From an uncultured delta proteobacterium (lineage in GTDB: Bacteria > Myxococcota > Myxococcia > Myxococcales > Myxococcaceae): 64,000 nucleotides of DNA. Position numbers and translations under genes: made by a program. The notes under the pieces are model-generated. The model was not told the DNA's origin. It ran no database searches and was given only the letters and a program-made list of their open reading frames with translations. The stretch is taken from NCBI GenBank assembly GCA_963771175.1, contig CAVYSY010000030.1, forward strand, positions 128,001 through 192,000, given 5' to 3'. Positions 43,854-54,814 of this stretch are shown here, piece after piece (the stretch's first letter is position 1; every line of letters begins with the position of its first letter).

Positions 43854-44917
43854 GCCGGGGGGCGGGTCCGCGCGTAGATGCGCTGGAGCGTCTCCACCCC
43901 GGGGGACAGCTCGCGTCGGGACATGGCGTGGACCGCCTCCAGCAGGTGCTCGTTCACCGGGACCGGGAGGCCGTGCGCCTTCCCGCGCCGGACCACCTCT
44001 CCATTGAGGAAGTCCACGGGCGGCTCGCGCCCCCGTTCAATCGCCGCCAGCATGGACGAGCGGAGCCGCCGGTACCTCGCGCCGATAGCCAGGAGCATCG
44101 CGTGCCTGACGAGGAGGGTGAGGGAGCCCGAGGCGCGCTGCTCCGACTCGCTCAGCGTGAGCCACTCGAGGTCGACCGTGGAGGCCACCTTCTCGACTCT
44201 CACGCCCTCGGCCTGGGCCACCCGGAACACCTCGGTGAAGACCTCCATCGCGAGCCTTCGGATGAAGCGGTGTCGCAGGAGCGGCCCTACCCGGCTTCCT
44301 CCCACGGTGCCCAGGGTGGAGATGGCGCAGTTGATCGCCAGCTTGCTCCAGCGTGCACCGCGCAGGTTGTCGGTGAAGGCCACCTCGCTCACCGTGCGCA
44401 ACAGCTCCGCGAGCCGAGGCAGCCGCGGATCCGGCTTGCCGGAGAGCGCGCCGACCACGAAGCCTCCCGAGGAGGTCCGCTCATAGACGCCGGTTTCCGG
44501 CGAGGACGCGCCCCAGGCGACGATGGCGCCGAGTACCTTGTCCTCGCCCACCACCTGGGCCACCAGCTCCTCGCAGAGCCCGTTCTGGAGCACCACCATC
44601 GCCCCGTCCGGAGCGAGCAGGTGGGCCGTGTCCCGGGCCGCCGCCTCCACTCCATTCGGAGGCGTGGCGAGCAGGATGAAGTCGTAGGCGCCCTCCCGAG
44701 GCGGCTGGACGAAGACCTCCAGGTCGCCTCGGATGGTGCGCTCGCCCTTCTCGTCGCGCAGCACCGGGCCGCGCGTCCGGAGCACGCTGGCGATCTCCTC
44801 GCGCCGCGCGACCGCGCCTACCCTCCGGCCCGCCTCCAGCATGCGGGACAGGAGCACGCCGCCGATTCCGCCACAGCCGACGACGAGGACTCGGGGAGCT
44901 GTCTGTGCAGGGTCCAT
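43847..44917 (-). CDS. Ketopantoate reductase (PanE/ApbA family)
   Basis: GCGGIGG, LQNGL, WSKLAINC, SSML and FLNGEVV motifs. Confidence 0.9.
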   Translation of the reverse strand: MDPAQTAPRVLVVGCGGIGGVLLSRMLEAGRRVGAVARREEIASVLRTRGPVLRDEKGERTIRGDLEVFVQPPREGAYDFILLATPPNGVEAAARDTAHLLAPDGAMVVLQNGLCEELVAQVVGEDKVLGAIVAWGASSPETGVYERTSSGGFVVGALSGKPDPRLPRLAELLRTVSEVAFTDNLRGARWSKLAINCAISTLGTVGGSRVGPLLRHRFIRRLAMEVFTEVFRVAQAEGVRVEKVASTVDLEWLTLSESEQRASGSLTLLVRHAMLLAIGARYRRLRSSMLAAIERGREPPVDFLNGEVVRRGKAHGLPVPVNEHLLEAVHAMSRRELSPGVETLQRIYARTRPPAH

Positions 44918-44960
44918 GGTCGCCGTTGACTACCACGAGCCGGACCCTCCCCGTTGACGC

Positions 44961-45497
44961 TCAGCGCCCGCCGCGCTTGCGAGCCGGAGTCCCCTTGCGG
45001 GCGGGAGCCGCCTTGCGCGTGGGGCGCTTCGTCGCGGCGCGGACGCTCTTCTTCTTGGCCGGGGCGGCCTTCCGGGTCCCGGACCTGGCGGGCTTGCGGG
45101 GCGCGCTCTTTTCAGAGAGCACCGCGTCCAGGGCCTTCAGCGCGTCGACGGTGGTGAAGATGCCCTCCACGCGGCCATTGCTGGCGACGACGGCGGAGCC
45201 GTACTTGTGCATGGCCATGGTGCGGGCCACCTCGATGAGAGCGGCACCCGGATGCACGGTGTAGGCGTCCTGGGACATGGCCTCTTCGACGGTGACCTCC
45301 TTGGGGTCCACTCCCTTGAGGGTCTCGACGAGGTGCAGGTCGCGCATGGACACCACTCCCACCAGCTTTCCGCCCTCCAGCACGGGGAGGTGGCGGATGG
45401 CGTGCTCGTTCATGAGCCGGTGCGCCTCGCTCAGTGGGCTCCTCGAGCCGATGGTGTGCACGGTGCGGGTCATGAATTCATCGATGGTACGGGGCAT
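44961..45497 (-). CDS. CBS-pair protein with basic Lys/Ala/Arg-rich tail
   Basis: IRHLPVLEGGKLVGVVSMRDL and GIFTTVDAL motifs. Confidence 0.88.
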   Translation of the reverse strand: MPRTIDEFMTRTVHTIGSRSPLSEAHRLMNEHAIRHLPVLEGGKLVGVVSMRDLHLVETLKGVDPKEVTVEEAMSQDAYTVHPGAALIEVARTMAMHKYGSAVVASNGRVEGIFTTVDALKALDAVLSEKSAPRKPARSGTRKAAPAKKKSVRAATKRPTRKAAPARKGTPARKRGGR

Positions 45498-45633
45498 GGG
45501 GATCCTCGCGTGGGCTCCGGGACGGGGAGCGCCCGCATGGTTGGAAACTACTGGAGCGGCACACTTCGTGACATGACTTTTGCGGTCATCTAGAGTGAGG
45601 TGACCGCGAAGGACACCCGGAGGAGACCCAGGA

Positions 45634-46395
45634 ATGCAGCCCGCGACCGCGCTGCCCGGCCTCGAGCACCTGTTGGAGGTGTGTCGGAGCCGGGCGCATC
45701 CCTTGAAGCTGGAGCCACCGCTCCTGAACGAGTTCACGGCGGAGTCGTCCGTGGCGGGACAGCCGATGGATGCCCAACTGGCGGCCGTGCACACGCGCGT
45801 GGGGTACCTCTGGGTGAGGGACGAGTTCTCCCTGCTGCCGGCGAGGCACGAGTGGCGGCCCGACCTGTACCGGGTGAACGAGCAGTGGCGCCGCGAATGG
45901 GCGGAGCCGTTCGGCTCGCTGCGCGTCTTCGCGAGGGATGACCGGCTGGCCTACTGCTACGCCACGGTGCCGGGTCTGGCGGGAGAGCGGGGGCCGCAAC
46001 CCGTGGTGTGGGTGGACGTGTATGAGGCGCTGTACGCCGTGCCCGTCGCCTCGGACGTCGACCACTTCTTCGACACCTACGCGCGCTACCTGGAGGCCTC
46101 GCCGCGGGTGCACGAGGGCGAGGAGTACGCGCTCCCGGGTCGGAGCTTTCCCTGGAGCGCCGCCGACTTCATCGCCCGGGACCGGGCGTTGGTGGAGCAG
46201 ATCCGGGGCGGGCGTTTCGACCTCCTGATGAAGGCGAACGCCCGGGCGCGGGAGTGGGTGGAGAAGGTAGGGGCCCGGCGCTCGACGCGGACACCTGGTA
46301 ACGTGCGCGCTGACCTTCCAATGCTTGCCTCCTCCGCACTTGCTTGGGGGAGCGCTAGGCCGGCAGCGCGGAGGGCACCCCGAGCAGTTGGATGA
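45634..46395 (+). CDS. Hypothetical protein, SMI1/KNR4-like immunity-type
   Basis: YATVPGLA...QPVVWVD...PVASDVDHFFDTY resembles the SUKH C-terminal signature; GGAGG RBS. Confidence 0.5.
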   Translation: MQPATALPGLEHLLEVCRSRAHPLKLEPPLLNEFTAESSVAGQPMDAQLAAVHTRVGYLWVRDEFSLLPARHEWRPDLYRVNEQWRREWAEPFGSLRVFARDDRLAYCYATVPGLAGERGPQPVVWVDVYEALYAVPVASDVDHFFDTYARYLEASPRVHEGEEYALPGRSFPWSAADFIARDRALVEQIRGGRFDLLMKANARAREWVEKVGARRSTRTPGNVRADLPMLASSALAWGSARPAARRAPRAVG

Positions 46396-47449
46396 AGTCC
46401 TCCACGATGCGTGAGGTGGAGAAGCGCTCGGCGACGAGGCGGGTTCCCGCCTCGCCCATGCTCCGCCTCCGCTCCGGCGGCAGGTCCACGGCGGCGACGA
46501 GCGCTTCCCTCCAGGCAGCCACGTCTCCGGGAGGGAGCAGCCATCCCGTCTCTCCCTCGTTCAGGGTCTCCGGAAGGCCGCCGATCCGGCTCGCGAGCAC
46601 GGGAACGCCGCACGCCTGCGCCTCGATGGACACCCGGCCGAACGGCTCCAGCCACTCGGAGGGTATGGCCAGGAAGTCCATGGCCGCGTAGAGGGGCCGC
46701 ATGTCCGTGGTCCACCCGCGCAACAGGTGGCGCTCCTGGAGCCCGGGGGCGAGCGCCGCACGCAGTCGTGGATGGGCCTCCTCCTGCCCGACCCAGAGCG
46801 CGCGCAGCGAGGGGCGCAGCGGCATCGCCTCATTGAGAGCCTCCGCGAGCCGGAAGGCTCCCTTCTCCGGGGCGAGCGCTCCGACGAACCCCACGAGCAC
46901 CTCGTCCTCGCGGAGGTTCAGGGCTTGACGGCTCTCGGCACGCAGGCGCGCGTCCGGTCGGAAGTGCTCCACGTCCAGCGGGTTGTAGAGGAGTTGCACC
47001 CGTTCACGCGGCACGCCTTGCGCCACCAGGTGTGCGCGCATGGACTCGGAGACCGCGATGAACCGGTGGGCCATGCGCGGCAGCACCGCGCGAGAGGCCA
47101 GTCGGAGTGGGCTGTTGAGGTGTCGGAAGAGAGCCACGCGCGTCCCGGTGGAACGGCCCAGGACGAGCAACGGCCAGTACTCGTGCCCGAAGCTGCCCAC
47201 CAGCCAGTCCGGATGCATCCGCCGGACGGCGCGGAGCACGGCTCGTGCTCCGCGCACATCCACCGCGTTGCGGAAGATGCCAGGCTCCATGGGCAGGCCT
47301 CTCGCGGCCAGCTCGCTGGCGATGAAACTCTCCGGGCGCGCGACGGTGAGGACCTCGTGTCCCGCCCGGGCCAGTGCCCGGACGAGACACAGCAGGTGCG
47401 TCTCCGTCCCGCGCGCACCACGACTGGTCCCAACGAAGACGAATCTCAT
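46355..47449 (-). CDS. Glycosyltransferase family 4
   Basis: GTETH, IAVSE, EKG and EPFGRVSIEAQACGVPVLASRIGGLPE motifs. Confidence 0.92.
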   Translation of the reverse strand: MRFVFVGTSRGARGTETHLLCLVRALARAGHEVLTVARPESFIASELAARGLPMEPGIFRNAVDVRGARAVLRAVRRMHPDWLVGSFGHEYWPLLVLGRSTGTRVALFRHLNSPLRLASRAVLPRMAHRFIAVSESMRAHLVAQGVPRERVQLLYNPLDVEHFRPDARLRAESRQALNLREDEVLVGFVGALAPEKGAFRLAEALNEAMPLRPSLRALWVGQEEAHPRLRAALAPGLQERHLLRGWTTDMRPLYAAMDFLAIPSEWLEPFGRVSIEAQACGVPVLASRIGGLPETLNEGETGWLLPPGDVAAWREALVAAVDLPPERRRSMGEAGTRLVAERFSTSRIVEDFIQLLGVPSALPA

Positions 47450-47609
47450 GACCGGGGGCATACCTTGGAGCATCACCCCCGGATGAGGAATTCCGCTTCC
47501 TTCAGGGGTAGTCGAACCCGCGTTCCAGAACCGGCCGCACGTTCTGGCGTTCCACGCCATCCAGGTATGTTTGCTCATGGTAGAGAGCCCTCGAGGAGAC
47601 ACGGACTGC

Positions 47610-48452
47610 ATGAGACTCGGTGGGTACGTCATCCATGGAAACAACCGGGACACGCTCGGTGCGTGCCTGGAGGGACTGCTCGCCGTCTGTGACGAGGTGG
47701 TGGCCCTGGACTCGCAGTCCACGGATGGCGCGGTGGAACTCGCACGAAGCATGGGGGCCCGTTCCGTGTCTCGCTCCTGGCAGGGCTATGGGGCCGCACG
47801 GGCCGCCGCCATGGAGGCACTCGGCCCGTGTGACTACGTCTTCTATCTCGACTCGGACGAGCACCTGGAACCGGAGGCCGTCCAGGCCATTCGCGCCTGG
47901 CGCGAGTCAAACCCGACGGAGCCCATCTACCTCCTGCCCCGTCGCGACTGGACCGAACTGGACGGGCACCGCTTCCGCTATCGCACCGAGTGGCGTGCGC
48001 GGTTGGTGCGCCGAGATGTCGCCGTGTGGCGCCCGGAAATGGTCGTCCACGAGGCGCTGCCGCGGATGCGCGCCGTCCGACTCCACGCGCCCATCGAGCA
48101 CCGCTTCGCGACCTCGCTTGTCGGACGTGCGGAGAAGGAGGAGCGCTACGCCCTGCTGTGGGCTGTGCGCGCCTTCGCGGAAGGCAGACGCCTCAAGCCC
48201 GCCGCCCTCCAGCGCCCGGCGCACCTCATTCGCGACTGCATCCTACACGGCGCGCTCTGGCGAGGGGGGCTCGACGCCCTGCGGTTGTCCTGGGCCGTCT
48301 CCAACTACCACGCCGCCAAGTACCGCCACCTCCGCTCTCTGCGTCAGGGCCGCTTCCCCGAGTTGATGCGCGCCTTTGTCGAGGGGCGCTACGGGGAGTT
48401 GTTCATGCTCGTCAGAGGTGGCCAACTGCCGCCCGAGTCTCAAGCGGGATGA
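47610..48452 (+). CDS. Glycosyltransferase family 2
   Basis: DEVVALDSQSTDG, WQGYGAAR, LDSDE and VHE motifs. Confidence 0.9.
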   Translation: MRLGGYVIHGNNRDTLGACLEGLLAVCDEVVALDSQSTDGAVELARSMGARSVSRSWQGYGAARAAAMEALGPCDYVFYLDSDEHLEPEAVQAIRAWRESNPTEPIYLLPRRDWTELDGHRFRYRTEWRARLVRRDVAVWRPEMVVHEALPRMRAVRLHAPIEHRFATSLVGRAEKEERYALLWAVRAFAEGRRLKPAALQRPAHLIRDCILHGALWRGGLDALRLSWAVSNYHAAKYRHLRSLRQGRFPELMRAFVEGRYGELFMLVRGGQLPPESQAG

Positions 48453-48516
48453 AACCCAGCCTGCCCTCACCCTCTCCACAGGCCTCCCCTTCGCCCTATG
48501 CGTCCGATGCGCGTGC

Positions 48517-48550
48517 TTGACAATACATAAGTGACGACTTATTTGTTGTC
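48517..48550 (+). promoter_or_regulatory. TTGACA -35 box overlapped by inverted repeat ATAAGT-N4-ACTTAT (probable ArsR autoregulatory operator)
   Basis: ttgacaatacataagtgacgacttatttgttgtc sits directly before the ArsR ATG; arms match at 12 of 14 positions. Confidence 0.7.
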
Positions 48551-48551
48551 C

Positions 48552-48881
48552 ATGCAGAGCGCTGCCCTGGCCGAAAACAAGATCTTCCAGGCGCTCGCGG
48601 ACCCCAGCCGCAGGGCGATCTTCGAGTCGCTCACGCGTGGCGAAGCCGCAGTGAAGGACCTCACGGCGCGCTTCGACATCTCGCAGCCGGCGGTCTCTCA
48701 GCACCTCGCCACTTTGAAAGACGCCGGCCTGGTGAACGCCCGGCGCGACGGGCGCTGTGTCTACTACCGGGTGGAGCCGCGCGGGATGGTGCCGCTCATC
48801 AAGTGGATCTCGCACTATCGCGCCTTCTGGACGGAACACGTCGATCGCCTCGAACAACTGCTGGAGAAAATGGACGAATGA
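48552..48881 (+). CDS. ArsR/SmtB family transcriptional regulator
   Basis: FQALADPSRRAI and ISQPAVSQHLATLKDAGLV motifs. Confidence 0.93.
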   Translation: MQSAALAENKIFQALADPSRRAIFESLTRGEAAVKDLTARFDISQPAVSQHLATLKDAGLVNARRDGRCVYYRVEPRGMVPLIKWISHYRAFWTEHVDRLEQLLEKMDE

Positions 48882-49324
48882 ACCTCCTCGACAAGACCGA
48901 CCCATCGCAAACCGACTCCATTTCATTCGAATTCGAGCTGCGTCATTCGCCGGAGAAGGTGTGGCGCGCGCTCACCGACCCCGTGCTGCTCACCGAGTGG
49001 CTCCTGCCCGTCGTCGGGTTCAAGCTCGAGTCGGGGGCCGCGTTCACGTTCAAGACGCAGCCGTACCCCGGTTGGGATGGCACCGTGAACTGCCGGCTCC
49101 TCGAGATCGAAGCGCATAGGAAGCTCAGCTACAGGTGGGTCGTCGGCGACATGGCTTTGGACACCGTCGTGACCTTCACGCTCACGCCCACGGCGTCGGG
49201 CAGCCGCCTGTCCCTCGTGCAGTCGGGCTTCAAGCCGGAGCAGAAGCAGAACTTCGGCGGCGCGCGCTACGGCTGGAAGATGATGGGCGGGAAGCTCGTC
49301 GACCTGCTCGCGAGGACCCCATGA
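48878..49324 (+). CDS. SRPBCC/AHSA1 family protein
   Basis: PEKVWRALTDP...W, KLSYRW, VTFTL and GW motifs; ATGA overlap. Confidence 0.9.
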   Translation: MNLLDKTDPSQTDSISFEFELRHSPEKVWRALTDPVLLTEWLLPVVGFKLESGAAFTFKTQPYPGWDGTVNCRLLEIEAHRKLSYRWVVGDMALDTVVTFTLTPTASGSRLSLVQSGFKPEQKQNFGGARYGWKMMGGKLVDLLARTP

Positions 49325-50199
49325 GCCGGCGAGCCGCTTCGGGCTCGTCTTCAGAGGCGCTCCCAATCAAGTCCAAGTCCCCGAAGAAGGCAGGCGCGAG
49401 CGACCAACCCGCTTCCGAGCTCATCGACCAGCGGATCCGCGAGCTGGAGGGATGGCGCGGCGAGACCTTGGCCCGCATGCGGGCGCTGATCCTGGAAGCC
49501 GACCCCGAGATGACCGAGGAGTGGAAGTGGATGAATCCGGTCTGGTCGCACCACGGGATTGTCTGCACCGGGGAGGCGTACAAGAAGGTCGTGAAGCTCA
49601 CGTTCGCTCGGGGGGCCACGGTCCCAGACCCATCGCGCCTCTTCAATTCCAGCTTGGAAGGCAACACGCGAAGGGCGATCGACATCCACGAAGGGGAGAA
49701 GGTCGACGCGGGCGCGTTCAAGGCGCTCGTGAAGGCCGCGGTGGCCCAGAATGGCCAGCCGGCGAAGAAGGCCAGGCCGGGTGCGAGTAAGGCCAAGCCA
49801 GTGAAACGCCTTTCAGGCGGCAATCCGCAGATCGCGAAAGCCGACGGCGACGCCCCGGTGCAGGCGTACATCGCCGGGATGCCGGGCTGGAAAAGCGACG
49901 TCGGGCGCTGGCTCGACGCGCTCATCGTGGGGAACGTGCCCAACGTGCGCAAGGCCGTGAAGTGGAACTCGCCGTTTTACGGCATCGAGGGCCAGGGTTG
50001 GTTCCTGTCGTTCCACGTCTTCACCCACTACGTAAAGGTGACCTTCTTCCGCGGCACGTCGCTGCGACCGGTCCCGCCCGGCCCCAGCAAGAACAAGGAC
50101 ACGCGCTACCTCGACATCCACGAAGGCGACGAGCTCGACGAGGCGCGGATGGCGACGTGGGTAAAGCAGGCGGCGGCGTTGCCCGGCTGGGTCCCGTAG
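49321..50199 (+). CDS. Protein with two DUF1801 (YdhG-like) domains
   Basis: ADPEMTEEWKW..PVW...VKLTFARGA and NVRKAVKWNSPFYG...VKVTFFRG. Confidence 0.85.
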   Translation: MSRRAASGSSSEALPIKSKSPKKAGASDQPASELIDQRIRELEGWRGETLARMRALILEADPEMTEEWKWMNPVWSHHGIVCTGEAYKKVVKLTFARGATVPDPSRLFNSSLEGNTRRAIDIHEGEKVDAGAFKALVKAAVAQNGQPAKKARPGASKAKPVKRLSGGNPQIAKADGDAPVQAYIAGMPGWKSDVGRWLDALIVGNVPNVRKAVKWNSPFYGIEGQGWFLSFHVFTHYVKVTFFRGTSLRPVPPGPSKNKDTRYLDIHEGDELDEARMATWVKQAAALPGWVP

Positions 50200-50365
50200 C
50201 CTGCCGTCCCGAGGCTCTGTCGCCTCCTTGTCCCCCCAAGCACTGCCCTCGGGCTTTGCCCACCTCGTGCTGGGAGGAGACGCTCGACGCGGGGCCGTAC
50301 ACGCTCCCCGAGGGCGGCAAGCTCCCTCAAGCGGGGGCGGAGCCGGGGCTGGATGGGCGCTCCCG

Positions 50366-50932
50366 TCAGAAGATGACGTCGAAGTAGTGGGCCCGGCCGA
50401 ACAGTCCGGCACAGGCCCGCACGTCGGCCGTCCACGCCTGCCGCGGCAGGTCGCCACTCGCCTCGAACACCAGTTCCACCTGGTCCTCTCGCGCCAGTTC
50501 CGGCACCTGCACCGCCTCCACTCCGCGCAGGCTCAGCCTCGTGGTCGAGAACACCTGCGCCGGCCGGCGGTACTCCAGCAGCGTCCGGATGACCTCCGCC
50601 GAGCCCGTCCGCCGCAGCGACACCTTCGCGTACTCGATTCCCGTCAGGTCCGCTTCGCCACCCGTGACATCAATCTCGAACAGCCGGAGCCGGAACTGCG
50701 TATCGAGCCGCCCCTCGGGGAACTCCGCTCCCACCTGCCCCAGCGGGAACAGAAGGGTCTGCTCCAGCGGCGTCGTGCCCTCGGGTGAGGCGGGGAACGC
50801 GAGGCTCCGCTCGGTCTTGCAGATCTCCTCGGTCTCGAGGTCCACGAAGAAGAAGGTGTCGGCGATCTCCCGGCAGCCGGTGGTGAGCAGCGTGGTGACG
50901 CACAGCAGGAGGACTCGGGGAAGGGCTCGCAT
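50366..50932 (-). CDS. Lipoprotein of unknown function
   Basis: MRALPRVLLLCVTTLLTTGC lipobox; fused to the upstream ORF only through a frameshift. Confidence 0.75.
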   Translation of the reverse strand: MRALPRVLLLCVTTLLTTGCREIADTFFFVDLETEEICKTERSLAFPASPEGTTPLEQTLLFPLGQVGAEFPEGRLDTQFRLRLFEIDVTGGEADLTGIEYAKVSLRRTGSAEVIRTLLEYRRPAQVFSTTRLSLRGVEAVQVPELAREDQVELVFEASGDLPRQAWTADVRACAGLFGRAHYFDVIF

Positions 50933-50946
50933 GGGGCAGGACCCGT

Positions 50947-51616
50947 TCAGTTGAAATAGACGATGAGGCCCAGCTTCAGCGCCGGGCTGGTGATTCGGAG
51001 AGTCGAGCGGCTCCGCGGTGATGTCCGGATCCTCCGCCGCGTCCCGGATGAAGGACTTCACGTCATCCACCTGGATGAACCACCAGCTCAGCCCCACTCC
51101 GCCGAAGAGCGTCACATAGCGCGAGGGCGAGAACTCCAGCCCCAGGCGCGTGCTCACGGAGTTGTACCCCACGTCATGGATGCCCGTGGCCGTGGTGGTG
51201 GGCTGGCCTCGCAACTGGGTCAGCAGCTTGTCGTAGTCCGCGTTGAAGTAATGGCTGCCCTCGAAGTCCAGCGTGGGTGAGATGAGGAGCTCGAGCGGGG
51301 TGAAGCTCAGGCCCCCGCGCACCCCGAAGCCCAGGCTGTTCTTCGCGGCTCCGGCGTGCACCCGCAACCAGCGCCACGGCCGCATGAGCGCCGAGGCCCC
51401 CAGCCCCTCCGGTGCGCCCGCGTCCACCATCGCGCCGAACCGTGTCTTCCACGGGGGCAGCACGGGGGCGTCGGGGTTGGACACGGTCACTCCTTCCGGA
51501 GTGTCGGTCGGGGCGTCCGGGTCTTCGGGGGGCTGCGCCCGGGCGCTCGACACGCCTCCCAGCACCAGCATGCAGGAGAGCGTCCAGGCGCACCGGGAAT
51601 TGATCGCTGTGGTCAT
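50947..51616 (-). CDS. Outer-membrane beta-barrel protein (frameshift at ~51003)
   Basis: Signal peptide, alternating beta-strands; corrected C-terminus PALKLGLIVYFN*. Confidence 0.7.
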
Positions 51617-51763
51617 GGCTCGGGAGCATCATTCGCGCGCCGGGGCCGGGAAGTCACGAAGACGCGGCAACCCTCCCTCAGGGCAGGCAGGCAGGCGGAC
51701 ACGGCCTCGGCGGAGTCTGCTACGGTCCGTCGCCTGGCTGAGTCCGTCGCCTGGAGTGGGTTG

Positions 51764-52660
51764 ATGCCGAAAAAGATCCTCATTGCCTTCGCGGTGCTGG
51801 TGGCACTCGTGCTCGTCGTCGGCTTCGTGCTGCCGTCGAAGTTCCGCGTCGAGCGCTCGACCACCATCAACGCTCCGGCCGAGGCGGTGTACGCCCACGT
51901 GGCCAACCTGCGACGCTGGCAGGACTGGTCGCCGTGGAACGCGGGGAAGTACCCCGGCACCCAGTGGGTGTTCGGAGGGACGGAGGTGGGGGTCGGCGCC
52001 GTGCACAGTTGGAGCGGCACGGACGTGGGTAACGGCACCCTCTCCCTCATCCAGGCGGATCCGAAGACGGGCGTGGCCTATGACATGGCGCTGGATCAGG
52101 GCCGGTACGTGATTCATGGTCGTATCTCCTTCGCCCCCGCGAGCCAGGGCACCCAGGTGACGTGGGTGGACGAGGGGGACATCGGCGGCAACCCGCTCAA
52201 GCACTACCTGGTGCCCTTCTTCCTGAAGCCGGCGCTCGGCGGAAAGCTGGAGGAGGCCCTGGCCGGCCTCAAGAAGCAGGTGGAGGCCCATCCGCTCCCT
52301 GCGGGCATGGAGCCCGAGCCGACCTCCGCTCCGGTGGAGCAGGCCTCGGCTCCGTCGCAGCCGCCCGCTCCCGAGCCTCCCGCTCCTCCTGTCGCGGAGG
52401 GTGCGCCGGGAGCGGCTCCTCCGGTGGAGGGGACTCAGGTCACTCCCCCGGTCGAGGGGTCGCCCGTGGTCGCTCCGGGTGAGGCGGCTCCCACGACGGC
52501 GGCCACGACTCCGTCCACCGGTGAGCAGGTTCCGGCCGCGCAGGACACGGCGGCTCCCTCGGGCGAGCCGGTCCCCGTGCAGACTGTTCCCGCGGGTGAG
52601 CCCGCACCGGCGCCGGCTTCGGCTCCGGCGGGCGCCTCCGAGACACCCACTCAGCCGTAG
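51764..52660 (+). CDS. SRPBCC/polyketide-cyclase-like protein with N-terminal TM and Pro/Ala-rich tail
   Basis: FRVERSTTINAPAEAVY...WSPW...GVGAVHSW motif. Confidence 0.85.
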   Translation: MPKKILIAFAVLVALVLVVGFVLPSKFRVERSTTINAPAEAVYAHVANLRRWQDWSPWNAGKYPGTQWVFGGTEVGVGAVHSWSGTDVGNGTLSLIQADPKTGVAYDMALDQGRYVIHGRISFAPASQGTQVTWVDEGDIGGNPLKHYLVPFFLKPALGGKLEEALAGLKKQVEAHPLPAGMEPEPTSAPVEQASAPSQPPAPEPPAPPVAEGAPGAAPPVEGTQVTPPVEGSPVVAPGEAAPTTAATTPSTGEQVPAAQDTAAPSGEPVPVQTVPAGEPAPAPASAPAGASETPTQP

Positions 52661-52911
52661 TCGGGACGAGGCGGGCTCGACGCCTGTGTCGCGTTCCAAG
52701 TGTTGAGCGGCGAGGTGGACTGGACCTGGCGGAATGGTCCGGCTCGCTGAGCGCCGCGCTCCTGTCCGCCACCTGAGTGTCGGCGCTCGGACGCCATGTC
52801 CTCCCCGGGGTCCACTTCCTTGGTCCCTGGCACATGGCCAGTCTCGCGGTCGCCGAGAAGGGTGCGAGAGCGAACTCTCGAAATCCCCGACACCTCGGCG
52901 AAAGCGCCTTT

Positions 52912-53595
52912 ATGATCGATGAAGTCGATCAACGCCTGAGGAGCTGGGTGGGGCGGGTGCTCGGTGATGCGCCCGTCTCCCTGGCCGTGCCGGACCGCGA
53001 GCGCGTGGACCGGGGCGTGGGGCTCTATCTGCTGGAGCTCGGCCCGGCGCCTCCGCCTCGCACGGCGCGCCGGCCGCCGCTCCGGGTGTCGCTCTGCTAC
53101 CTCGTCACCACGGGGGGGGATTCACCGGAGCGCGCCCACCACCAGCTGGGCGAGCTCGTCTTCGCGGCCATGGAGGAGCCGGGCTTCGAGGTGGACCTCT
53201 CGCCCGTGCCGGTGGTGCTGTGGACGGCGCTGGGGGTGCCTCCCCGGCCCGCCTTCCGCCTGCGCGTGCCATTCGAGCGCGAGCGCCCCATGCCCGCCGT
53301 GCCGCGCGTGAAGGTGCCGCTCATCACCCGGACCGTGCCGGCGGAGGCGTTGCTGGGCCGCGTCGTGGGACCCGGGGACATCCCCATCACCGACGCACTG
53401 GTGGAGCTGCCGTCCATGGGCCTGAGCGCGCGCACCGACGCCAAGGGCCGTTTCCGTTTCGCCTCGGTGCCCACCGACACGCCGCTCGGACGGCTGGAGG
53501 TGCGTGCGAAGGGAGAAGTGCTCGCGGTGCGTACCGAGGAGCTCCCCACCGAGGAGGGAGCGCTGCTGGTGCGCCTGCCGTTGAAGGAGGGATGA
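52912..53595 (+). CDS. eCIS Pvc16/Afp16-like cap protein with C-terminal carboxypeptidase-regulatory-like domain
   Basis: MIDEVDQRL, GLYLLEL, LCYLVT, LWTALGVPPRPAF; GRVVGPGDIPI...RTDAKGRFRF. Confidence 0.75.
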   Translation: MIDEVDQRLRSWVGRVLGDAPVSLAVPDRERVDRGVGLYLLELGPAPPPRTARRPPLRVSLCYLVTTGGDSPERAHHQLGELVFAAMEEPGFEVDLSPVPVVLWTALGVPPRPAFRLRVPFERERPMPAVPRVKVPLITRTVPAEALLGRVVGPGDIPITDALVELPSMGLSARTDAKGRFRFASVPTDTPLGRLEVRAKGEVLAVRTEELPTEEGALLVRLPLKEG

Positions 53596-53596
53596 C

Positions 53597-54806
<1,210 letters not shown>

Positions 54807-54814
<8 letters not shown>

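Noticed and set aside
50200..50365. Possible gene remnant (SCWEETLDAGPYTLPEGGKLP) between convergent genes
   Set aside because: Too short, no start codon or recognisable family.
52828..52845. Sigma-54 promoter (TGGCAC) upstream of the eCIS operon
   Set aside because: The -12 TTGC/GC element is absent at the required spacing.
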